A stretch of 29,547 bases of DNA from a virus (Duplodnaviria; Caudoviricetes): positions 1-29,547 of IMG/VR virus record IMGVR_UViG_3300033521_000021. One strand, written 5' to 3'. Made by a program: the position numbers and the translations under genes. A model generated the notes under the pieces. It was not told the origin of the DNA and ran no database searches. It saw only the letters and a list, made by a program, of their open reading frames with translations. Shown in pieces: positions 7,095 to 15,225 of the stretch. Each line of letters begins with the position of its first letter. Position 1 is the stretch's first letter.

Positions 7095-7427
7095 TTATGT
7101 AAACTTTTTCAATTCTTCCATGTCTTCATCACTCTTCTTCTCATGATAATATGACCAGAGAGCATTGTGAACATCCATCAGATGATCTACCCAAAACCCA
7201 GAGGGATATATTCCCAATGCATCCTGAAGACCACGATGAGATGTTCCCTCATGCTCTGCTTTACACATAATATAGCAGATTGCTTGAACCATATCAAGTT
7301 TGTCTGATTCAGAAAGCATAAAATACTTTCCTATTGCCTTTTGCTTAGACTCCTCCAAATCTTTTTGAAGTTGTTTACAAGCATCAGAATCCCACCATTC
7401 TTGTATGGATTTACCTGCTTCATTCAT
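7095..7427 (-). CDS. Hypothetical protein
   Basis: 110-aa ORF. Confidence 0.7.
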   Translation of the reverse strand: MNEAGKSIQEWWDSDACKQLQKDLEESKQKAIGKYFMLSESDKLDMVQAICYIMCKAEHEGTSHRGLQDALGIYPSGFWVDHLMDVHNALWSYYHEKKSDEDMEELKKFT

Positions 7428-7734
7428 ACATTTTTAACTTTTGCTTTAGTGCTTCAATAACCCAGTTTTCAATCCATTCTTGATCTTTATCATTCAAAAA
7501 AGACCACATTGGATCATTTCCATCCCAATCAAGATCAAATGACCCATCTTCCCTTTCAGTAAGTTTAAGTGAATTTGTTTCAGTCATTACTAATTACTTT
7601 TCGTTGAAGTTCTTCTATTTGATTTTGCAGTTCATAAAGACTATTTGTAGTCGCTACATTTTCCTGTTCAAGTTTTGTAATCTTCTCTTCCAAATAATTA
7701 GTATAATCAAGAATGGGTTGAATAAACTTTTGCA

Positions 7735-7962
7735 TCAACTTACCTCATAATGCTGTTGATAATAAGCACTGACAACTTTATCATCCCAACATGATGGAAG
7801 ATTATTCTCCCTAGATTTCATATGATTTACTTTTGAAACTGGGAATTCAAAGAGTTCACAATCATGAAGAACTCCATCCAGTTGCTTACGCTCATTTTCA
7901 GTTCTTGGATAACGATATGCATATCTATGCATACCACTAGTATTCCTGTAAGTTCTGCTCAT
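7735..7962 (-). CDS. Hypothetical protein
   Basis: 75-aa ORF with GGAG ribosome-binding site. Confidence 0.65.
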   Translation of the reverse strand: MSRTYRNTSGMHRYAYRYPRTENERKQLDGVLHDCELFEFPVSKVNHMKSRENNLPSCWDDKVVSAYYQQHYEVS

Positions 7963-8103
7963 TTCTTTACTCCATAAAGATTAAAGTAAGAATTGTATCG
8001 CAACCACCTACCATAAGATGGTTGTACATCTAGACTAGCACAACATTCCAAATAAGACAACCACTCAAACCAAGGAGTTGTATAATCAAATACATGATGA
8101 GGT

Positions 8104-8310
8104 TTAGAGTTTTCCACCTACTACACCTTCATAAGTTGAGGATTCAGAGAAACCCTCCTGCCGTCCTTTAAGATAAAAACGGGTTGCTGAAATACATTGC
8201 TCTTCAGTGAGAGATGTGATAATTGGTTTGTCTTCTTTGTCATATGATACCCAAGTTCCCCATCTCTGTTGTTTCACATAAAATGTATCATCCAACAAAT
8301 CATGATTCAT
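8104..8310 (-). CDS. Conserved phage hypothetical protein (C-terminal Y.GVVGGKL)
   Basis: 68-aa ORF; ATGA coupling. Confidence 0.7.
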   Translation of the reverse strand: MNHDLLDDTFYVKQQRWGTWVSYDKEDKPIITSLTEEQCISATRFYLKGRQEGFSESSTYEGVVGGKL

Positions 8311-8645
8311 TCAAATTCCCCTGATTTGTTTTTAACTGTGCCTGAAGAATAAACTCCCTCAATTCTGGAGACTCTATCCATTCCCACACTGTCCCATCCT
8401 TTTGAGTATAACTTTTCTGAATAGTTTGAATTTTCATAAATTTCTACCTCAACATTAATTTCTTTATCATTCCAGTGACGAATAACACCTGCCACAATAA
8501 AGCAGTTAGTCACAAGATATGTAGCAAAAATGATTGTCCTAATTGTTGCTACTTGATCTGCTATTTTGTTTTTTTGATGTGCCTTTTCTCCTAGGGACTT
8601 TGCCCACAGTCTCCAAATTTGTTCCAGGTTTGATATAAATCTCAT
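8307..8645 (-). CDS. Hypothetical membrane protein (WRLWAKSLGEK...AGVIRHW); true start uncertain
   Basis: ORF track; one hydrophobic helix. Confidence 0.65.
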   Translation of the reverse strand: MRFISNLEQIWRLWAKSLGEKAHQKNKIADQVATIRTIIFATYLVTNCFIVAGVIRHWNDKEINVEVEIYENSNYSEKLYSKGWDSVGMDRVSRIEGVYSSGTVKNKSGEFE

Positions 8646-8814
8646 AATCTTTAGAATTAAAGTTAGACCTAGTAATGTACTTATTTGCGTGATCTTCGTT
8701 CTGGAAGTAGCAAGTTTTTGTATCCTTTAGATCCTTCCCATCTTTATGGATAATTTTTATTGGAAATTGTTCAAATGGAAACTCTTGAACATTTGATGTA
8801 TTCTTAATTGCCAT
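8539..8814 (-). CDS. Hypothetical protein
   Basis: 91-aa ORF with AAGGAG upstream. Confidence 0.65.
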   Translation of the reverse strand: MAIKNTSNVQEFPFEQFPIKIIHKDGKDLKDTKTCYFQNEDHANKYITRSNFNSKDYEIYIKPGTNLETVGKVPRRKGTSKKQNSRSSSNN

Positions 8815-8976
8815 TAACTTGATTGCTCCTTGGTGTGTGGATAATACTTATCAAATGTCATATTTAAAATCTCATCACAAATTTTATAATCACTCCCATT
8901 AAATCTGACTCCATGAATTTGATAATATCTAACTGCTTGGTGAATCAATTTAATTTGTTGATCTGTTAAATCCATG

Positions 8977-9567
8977 TTAACTGTTATTTACTAGGTTAAA
9001 TGCTATTGATATTCTATCATCCATTGATTTATTGGCATCCACCCAATGCTGTAGTGAAGATGGAAATATTACCATGCGTCCTTCCACTGGAGTAAAATAA
9101 AAATTAGAGAAGTAATTATATTGATTTGAAATTTCTGAATCTATATTCTCAGTGAGTACATATTGAGAAAATCCATTTGGAGATTCAAAAACTAGATTGC
9201 CACAATTATCTGGTGTTTTTATCCACATCACACCAGACAATAAAGATGCTGGATGACAATGAGATAAATTATAATTACCTTTTTGATTTACATTAATCCA
9301 CATGTTATCCAACTTTAGATTCAAGTTATACATTTCTGATGCAGTTAATGCATGAAACAGTATGTAATCTTTAAATTCTTTAAATGTTGAATCTAAATGA
9401 AAATCAGATTGTGATTGCCAACCTCCCACATTTGATCTTTGAACAGACTCATGAGTTTTCTGATATTCATATATCCAAGAGACAAGATCAGATTTAATTG
9501 ACTTAAACAAGTTGCAATCTATTTCATTGATAATAGAAGGAAATACTGAGTAGTTTTTTATATTCAT
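8977..9567 (-). CDS. Putative 2OG-Fe(II) oxygenase (TIGR02466-like)
   Basis: WINVN..G.YN..HxH, LSGV.W, IFPS.L.H.V, RISIAFN. Confidence 0.85.
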   Translation of the reverse strand: MNIKNYSVFPSIINEIDCNLFKSIKSDLVSWIYEYQKTHESVQRSNVGGWQSQSDFHLDSTFKEFKDYILFHALTASEMYNLNLKLDNMWINVNQKGNYNLSHCHPASLLSGVMWIKTPDNCGNLVFESPNGFSQYVLTENIDSEISNQYNYFSNFYFTPVEGRMVIFPSSLQHWVDANKSMDDRISIAFNLVNNS

Positions 9568-9580
9568 TGTAAATTAAATG

Positions 9581-9826
9581 TCAATTCAAACCTATTGAAA
9601 CTTCACCCTTATCTTCTAAAGTGAGTTTACGAATGCCAGTGACAAAATAAGCAAAGTCTCTTGCCTCTGTGATGTTTTTAGTTTTACCACATACATCACA
9701 TTTGCCCTCCCATATAGAGGAATATCCTACAGAATACACACCATATTTGTCACCACAATCAAAGCAAGTGACATAAGCACTCTTCAGTTTTTTAATAAGT
9801 TTTTTGTTGGACATAATGCTTATCAA
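9581..9826 (-). CDS. Small Zn-ribbon-like protein
   Basis: CFDC...CDVC; likely start at the internal ATG (MSNKK). Confidence 0.65.
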   Translation of the reverse strand: MISIMSNKKLIKKLKSAYVTCFDCGDKYGVYSVGYSSIWEGKCDVCGKTKNITEARDFAYFVTGIRKLTLEDKGEVSIGLN

Positions 9827-9893
9827 TAATCTTTATTATAGCACATCATCTTCCTTTTGGGAGAGTTGCTGTGACAGTTCCTCAGCTGTCTTC
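9826..9893 (-). promoter_or_regulatory. Double-palindrome promoter cassette 10 (inside the 3' end of the upstream ORF)
   Basis: GAAGACA-N10-TGTCACA, TGC-TATAAT, ATAAT-AAAG-ATTAT. Confidence 0.75.
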
Positions 9894-10093
9894 ATATACT
9901 TCCTCATCATCCACCATCTACCTATGGGTGAGGAAATAATGACAGGATGAAATCTAATCATCCAGAACATTCTCTCTGCTTTTACTTTAGCAGATTTAGA
10001 AAGTAAAATTATATAATGAGATACATTTGGATCTATTATCATCATTGTGACAATAATAGAAAATATTGTAAAAATTGAATAGTAATAGATCAT
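9836..10093 (-). CDS. Hypothetical membrane protein
   Basis: 85 aa, hydrophobic N-terminus. Confidence 0.65.
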   Translation of the reverse strand: MIYYYSIFTIFSIIVTMMIIDPNVSHYIILLSKSAKVKAERMFWMIRFHPVIISSPIGRWWMMRKYMKTAEELSQQLSQKEDDVL

Positions 10094-10325
10094 GGCATTT
10101 TTCTTAGAAAATTTAAATAATCTATTAGTTGTTGTTTAATAGATTCCAATTCTCTTTCACATCCCTGCCCTCTTGCCATGCATATTATTCTATGATTTGC
10201 TGTGTGTAGATCTTCAATCATAAGATCTATTGCTTTATTTTTTTCTATGTTCATTTTTTTGATTGTGATTGGACATGGAAAAATATTATATGATTACTAA
10301 TTATCTATCAAAAAAATTAATTGAC

Positions 10326-10574
10326 TTAATAATCTGTGGTATCCACCAACTGCCAATCTAAATCAAGATTATCAAGGAATTGAATCAATTCATGTTCACT
10401 ACTGGGAACAATATCATCCTCATCAAGAGTGAATGATGCCTCACACAATGCAGCACCATATTCAGCAGGTTCATAGTATGTCTGTGCATATGTTTGAACT
10501 ACATCTTCAACAATAGCAGAAACATAGATTACACCATTCTCATAATAAATGGATTCAATACTAGAGATACTCAT
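10326..10574 (-). CDS. Acidic hypothetical protein
   Basis: 82-aa ORF. Confidence 0.7.
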   Translation of the reverse strand: MSISSIESIYYENGVIYVSAIVEDVVQTYAQTYYEPAEYGAALCEASFTLDEDDIVPSSEHELIQFLDNLDLDWQLVDTTDY

Positions 10575-10755
10575 CGTTTTTTTGCCATCTGTTTTTGAAC
10601 AAATTTCTTAGCAGTAGTCATATTTAAATGCATAGAAATTTGATGTCCATTATTAATGGTTACAAACTTCTTTCCACATGGAATGATTGCCCATTCCATA
10701 TCTTTACTTACCCACCCTAATTGATCTTCATCCATATGTTAGTTAGTATAAAAAA

Positions 10756-10827
10756 CAGGCTCACTAGGAATCGAACCTAGAACAATTGCTTAGAAGGCAA
10801 TGGTTATATCCATTTAACTATGAGCCC
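10756..10827 (-). tRNA. tRNA-Arg(TCT), copy 2
   Basis: GGGCTCA acceptor, ATTGC-CTTCTAA-GCAAT, GGTTCGATTCC. Confidence 0.92.
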
Positions 10828-10833
10828 ATAAAG

Positions 10834-10906
10834 TAGAGAGTGGTTGGATTCGAACCAACTACTGAATGCATTATCTGCGTGCCTTATCCCTTTGGCTTCA
10901 CTCTCT
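10834..10906 (-). tRNA. tRNA-like element with undetermined, aberrant anticodon arm
   Basis: Perfect acceptor (A)GAGAGTG/CACTCTC(T), perfect T arm GTTGG-TTCGAAT-CCAAC, D arm GCC...GGC; no canonical 5-bp/7-nt anticodon arm. Confidence 0.65.
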
Positions 10907-10929
10907 GTGGGGCAACCTTCCACTTACAT

Positions 10930-10958
10930 ATACTACATTGAAACATCATCAAAGTCAA
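10930..10958 (-). promoter_or_regulatory. sigma70-like promoter upstream of the tRNA-like/tRNA-Arg pair
   Basis: TTGACT-17-TAGTAT. Confidence 0.6.
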
Positions 10959-11262
10959 CATCAGGATGCAGATGCTCTAAGTAATCTTCGTAATCAACAC
11001 CAAGATAATCTGCAAACTCCCTCAATTCCTGATGATACTCACGTGTAATAAGTTCTTCTATACTTTGAATCATAGTAACCTCTTCAATACCCATATCTGG
11101 AGATCATTTGATCCATTCTATCCTCTCTATATTCATCCTCTACTTCTTCTGTTTTATTTTCTTCTAATTCCTCATAGATGATGTCACCATCTTTTTCTAG
11201 GAAAATGGAAGTCATAGTAGATTTTAAATGTAAGGGGTTCATTTATATATGCAAGAAGGAGA

Positions 11263-12360
11263 TTATTCCCCCTCTTGTTGTTGGAATTCAGCGTCAATCT
11301 TATCATACAACTCCACAAAAGTGGACTTGGTTTCATCATCAAAGCGATTCAGACACACTTTAAGTGCCTTATCTTTCTTGCCAAAGATAGCATATGCTTT
11401 CATGATGTGGACAAGACGACGAGTAGAGATTACTTCATCAATACCACCATCAGCAAAGGTTTTGCGAATGATATCTGACCAACTGCACAGGTGTTTGATG
11501 AAGTCTGTGTGCTCCCCAATCATAGGAATGTTGAGGGATTGTGCCACCTTTGTTAGGATCTTGTTCTCAACACTTGCAGTGGGATATTCTTGCTCAAAAG
11601 TAATGGGGAATCTCTCAAGAAATGCCTCATTGAGTACATTGGTTCCAATGAACCTACCATCATCAGAACCTTTACCTTTAGTATTTGCAGTAGCAAACAC
11701 AGTGAAACCTTCCTTTGGCATGATATGCTTACCAATCTTCTTTAGGAAGACACCCTTACCCTCTAGGATGGATTGTAGGCACATGATCTTATTAGATGCA
11801 AGGTCAAGTTCATCCAAAAGGAGAACAGAACCACGCTCCATTGATTCCACAACAGGACCATTATGCCACACAGTCTCACCATTAACTAGACGAAAACCAC
11901 CAATTAGATCATCTTCATCAGTCTCAATAGTGATATTGACACGAATCAACTCACGACCAAGTTGAGCACATGCCTGTTCAACTCCAAAAGTTTTACCATT
12001 CCCACTGAGACCAGTGATGAAAGCAGGGTAAAACAAACCAGAAGATACAACTTTCTTAATATCACTAAAGTTACCAAAGCTGACGAAGGTAGCATCTTTC
12101 TGTGGGATTAGATTTTGTTGTACATAAGAGAGGGAGTTGATGGTATCTTTTCCTTCTGCAGCAGGGGAGTTATAGGTTTGCTCAAGATCTTTCACTGTTA
12201 CCTCCAGATTCCATTTACCACGACCAACTTTGTATTGTTGCAGATGCTTAGATGCAGTTGCATAAGTAGTATTCATTTGAACTGCTACAGATTTTACTGC
12301 ATCAGCAGTAATTTCTGTACCAAACTGATCTTTGAGTAGTAATACAAGTTGTTCTTGCAT
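11263..12360 (-). CDS. cobS: CobS-like / MoxR-family AAA+ ATPase
   Basis: Walker A GLSGNGKT, Walker B LLLDE, ETDEDDLIGG, ATANTKGKGSDDGRF, AFLERF; start moved to ATG 12360. Confidence 0.92.
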   Translation of the reverse strand: MQEQLVLLLKDQFGTEITADAVKSVAVQMNTTYATASKHLQQYKVGRGKWNLEVTVKDLEQTYNSPAAEGKDTINSLSYVQQNLIPQKDATFVSFGNFSDIKKVVSSGLFYPAFITGLSGNGKTFGVEQACAQLGRELIRVNITIETDEDDLIGGFRLVNGETVWHNGPVVESMERGSVLLLDELDLASNKIMCLQSILEGKGVFLKKIGKHIMPKEGFTVFATANTKGKGSDDGRFIGTNVLNEAFLERFPITFEQEYPTASVENKILTKVAQSLNIPMIGEHTDFIKHLCSWSDIIRKTFADGGIDEVISTRRLVHIMKAYAIFGKKDKALKVCLNRFDDETKSTFVELYDKIDAEFQQQEGE

Positions 12361-12372
12361 GGTCTTGGGTTG

Positions 12373-12442
12373 ATTACTTTGTAATGATAGCATGGATTGG
12401 GGCAGAGTCAGGGGCAGAGTGGACTCTGCCCCAACTGGCACA
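12373..12442 (-). promoter_or_regulatory. Double-palindrome promoter cassette 11 with internal ACTCTGCCCC repeats
   Basis: TGTGCCA-N10-AGTCCAC, TGC-TATCAT, ATTAC-AAA-GTAAT. Confidence 0.75.
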
Positions 12443-14608
12443 TCAGGCAATTAGATCAACAAATGAAGAGAGCAGTTTCTTATTTGTTTTCTTTTTACTG
12501 AGCATCTTCACAAATGCAGATTTGATTTTGGCATTTGTTGCACCCTCTTCAACATCAAAGGATTCATCTTGCGATAATGAACTTGTAGGAATAACATTGA
12601 ATTGATCAAATCCAGTACCAGTAAATGTAATGAATTGATTTTTCTTATATTTTGCCTTCACTTCCTCATAAGAACCACATTCTCTGCCATACCATTGGTA
12701 ACAGGTATTGAAATAGATACCAGGAACAACTCTGAAGTTGATGAAGTTAACAGTAGGAAACCTATCCTTCAATGATGTGAGCAAGACTTTAGCATATTGT
12801 GGGAAGTTGCCATACTCAAAGGGAGAATAAACTCTCCCAGTCTTCCTATCACGCAGGGTTGTTTTATAATTTTTAGAATATCCTACATAATCTTGACTAG
12901 AGCGATTCTTCTTGATCTTTGTGATGGCATTGACATAACCTTCACCATCAGTCAGAAATACAACATTTACTTTCTGAAGTTTGTTTTGTTTCTGGAAGTG
13001 GGGGATCAAATAATGCAAAGCAATCATGGTATCCCCAACAGGAGAACCAGACAAATCAAGATGACGAGGATTGTCAAAGTTACTCTTCTGGAAACTCCAA
13101 CAACATGACCAAATATTTTTCATCTGTTCTTCTGTCTCACGAGCATTAACTTTGCTAGTGAAGATATTTAGAAGTCTAAATGATTTTTCTGGAGCAAGAA
13201 CTCCACCTTTCATTTCGATAATATTGGGATGATGAGGTTGGATGTCAATATAAGAATTGCAGTCTACAGTGAAAGCATATACTTCAAAGGGAATGTTAAC
13301 TTTCTTACAGAACCAAATAAGATTAAACAGTTGCTTACAAGTATCCAGCATCCAGTTTGCCATAGATCCAGACCAGTCAAGAATAAAGATCAATCCATGA
13401 TTCTTTCCATCAGGGATCACTGAGACTTTTCTGAATAGATCTTCATTATATTTGTAAGTATGCAGTTTAGTTGTATCTAATACACCAGTACGTGCAGTAG
13501 TGGCACGTGCATACTGATCTGCAGATTTCTTACACTCAAACTCTTTTACAAGATAATTGACTTCCTTGACTGCAGAAGATTTGTACTGTTGGTATTCCTG
13601 AATTACTTTGACATACTCATCACGAATAAAAGAATTTGCATACTTATTATAATACTCAGATGCCTTCTCATGAATATAAGAATTGGGAATGATTACATTC
13701 TCAAGATAAACCTTAGGGAGTTCTACATAGGTAGTCTCCTGAGCAAAGGAATTGGTCAGGTCTTGAGACTTTTCATCAAAAGATTGTGATGTCTTGGATT
13801 TGAGTTCATCAATCTCACCATGCTGCCTAGATGGTTGATTCCCACCACCATTAGGTGCTTCCTGTTGCATAGTGATAGAAGATTCATCCTGAGAATCTTC
13901 ACCAGAAGTTGAAGATGATTGAGATTCTTGTTGGAGTTCAGTTTTATTGCCATTCTCAGATTGTTGAGTATTCTGCTGAGAATTCTGAGGAAGATCTACT
14001 TGTTCTCCACTTTGTCCTTCATTCTGAACAAATTCAGGCATTTCAGTGAGTTGTTTTGGTTTGTATTTGACAAACTCAGCAATCTCACGAGCAATATCAA
14101 GAACTTCAGTAAAAGTTTCCAGTTTGCTAATGCGAGTCAAAAACTCATTCTCTTGATCAGAGAAAGCAATGTTATGGAATGCACCAATCTTGAAGTACAT
14201 ATTGATGCGATCAATGAATGAAAGATTATCCAGATTCTCATCCTTAGTGGAAAAGAAATCATCATTATTCAGTTCATTGTATCCATTGTAGAAAGTCTTA
14301 GAAAGACCAGGATATTTCTTCTTCATCAGACGTTCTACACGAACATCTTCAATCACATTGATAAAATCCTTAGGAACATCAGGATAATCAATAGTCCAGT
14401 CAATATTGTCAGTGAAGAGTGCATGACCAACCTCATGCCCTACAAGAAGGTCATAAACAGTTGCAGATGCTTTATCCCACATAGGGAGAGTCAGAACCCT
14501 CAGATCCACATCAAAACATGCAGTAGGGACCTTTTTATGTTCAATGATAAGGTTCTCAGTTGCAAGACATTTTGCAAGAGAACCTTTAACCTCTAGGTTG
14601 ACTGACAT
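12443..14608 (-). CDS. HExxH metallopeptidase-like + VWA domain protein (CobT-like partner of the AAA+ ATPase)
   Basis: HEVGH, NVIEDVRVE, Q/S/E-rich linker, MIDAS ILDWSGS and FLTDGE; start moved to ATG 14608 (AGGA RBS). Confidence 0.88.
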   Translation of the reverse strand: MSVNLEVKGSLAKCLATENLIIEHKKVPTACFDVDLRVLTLPMWDKASATVYDLLVGHEVGHALFTDNIDWTIDYPDVPKDFINVIEDVRVERLMKKKYPGLSKTFYNGYNELNNDDFFSTKDENLDNLSFIDRINMYFKIGAFHNIAFSDQENEFLTRISKLETFTEVLDIAREIAEFVKYKPKQLTEMPEFVQNEGQSGEQVDLPQNSQQNTQQSENGNKTELQQESQSSSTSGEDSQDESSITMQQEAPNGGGNQPSRQHGEIDELKSKTSQSFDEKSQDLTNSFAQETTYVELPKVYLENVIIPNSYIHEKASEYYNKYANSFIRDEYVKVIQEYQQYKSSAVKEVNYLVKEFECKKSADQYARATTARTGVLDTTKLHTYKYNEDLFRKVSVIPDGKNHGLIFILDWSGSMANWMLDTCKQLFNLIWFCKKVNIPFEVYAFTVDCNSYIDIQPHHPNIIEMKGGVLAPEKSFRLLNIFTSKVNARETEEQMKNIWSCCWSFQKSNFDNPRHLDLSGSPVGDTMIALHYLIPHFQKQNKLQKVNVVFLTDGEGYVNAITKIKKNRSSQDYVGYSKNYKTTLRDRKTGRVYSPFEYGNFPQYAKVLLTSLKDRFPTVNFINFRVVPGIYFNTCYQWYGRECGSYEEVKAKYKKNQFITFTGTGFDQFNVIPTSSLSQDESFDVEEGATNAKIKSAFVKMLSKKKTNKKLLSSFVDLIA

Positions 14609-14620
14609 GTGTGATTTCCT

Positions 14621-14691
14621 TACTATCCTTACAGGATAGCACAAAAAAGGGGGGCACCACACCCCCTTAGGACACCAATTAAACTGTCTAC
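14621..14691 (-). promoter_or_regulatory. Double-palindrome promoter cassette 12 overlapping a terminator hairpin
   Basis: GTAGACA-N10-TGTCCTA, TGC-TATCCT, CTATCCT-GTA-AGGATAG. Confidence 0.7.
14643..14666 (-). terminator. Intrinsic terminator
   Basis: GGGGG-TGTGGTG-CCCCC(C)-TTTTTT. Confidence 0.7.
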
Positions 14692-14745
14692 CACCAAAGA
14701 CAGGTCTGGGGTCTCAAAGTTACAAAGAACCCTCAAGACTTTTAC

Positions 14746-14804
14746 ATAATAACATGAGGTCTTGAGGGTGTCAAGTTGACAAGTTGTCCAAACATGAGTA
14801 GGAT
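14746..14804. promoter_or_regulatory. Back-to-back divergent sigma70-like promoters
   Basis: TGTCAA-G-TTGACA; minus strand TTGACA-17-TATTAT, plus strand TTGACA-17-TAGGAT. Confidence 0.7.
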
Positions 14805-14833
14805 CACTCTGTTAGGTTTGAAGATAAATTGTA

Positions 14834-15193
14834 TCAATAAATCTTTACTTCTTTATAAGCAGATTCAGTTTCATCATTAATCTTTCTTTTAATTACTGCT
14901 CTAAGATCATTTTGCTTGTATACACTTCTAGCAAGTTCAATGAACCCTTCATCAAACTCTTGTTTCTTTTCTTTGATTCTAATCTCATCTTCAATGTACC
15001 ATAGAGATTGATTAACCTCCATAAGATCATTAAGATAATCTTCTTTGTAAACTTGCAAATCTTCTGCAATTTTGATAAGATCATTTAGTTCTTTGACAAT
15101 ATATTCATTGTCAGAAAACTTCTGTTTAATTTGAAGAATTGTAATTTTATCAATCAATTCTCCAATTGATACTGGGACATTAGGGAAATTCAT
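14834..15193 (-). CDS. DUF6165-like protein
   Basis: VPVSIGELIDKITILQIK...VN..LW.IED.IR...FIELARSVY..ND.R..IK..IN. Confidence 0.75.
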   Translation of the reverse strand: MNFPNVPVSIGELIDKITILQIKQKFSDNEYIVKELNDLIKIAEDLQVYKEDYLNDLMEVNQSLWYIEDEIRIKEKKQEFDEGFIELARSVYKQNDLRAVIKRKINDETESAYKEVKIY

Positions 15194-15225
15194 AGGAATC
15201 TATATAATAATTATTAAAATATTTT

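Noticed and set aside
11249-11965. 238-aa plus-strand ORF
   Set aside because: Antisense shadow of cobS with no recognisable motifs
12361-12450. N-terminal extensions in the ORF track for cobS (also 14609-14662, 19199-19279, 2550-2588, 4403-4426)
   Set aside because: They run through promoter cassettes or the upstream gene; downstream ATGs fit better
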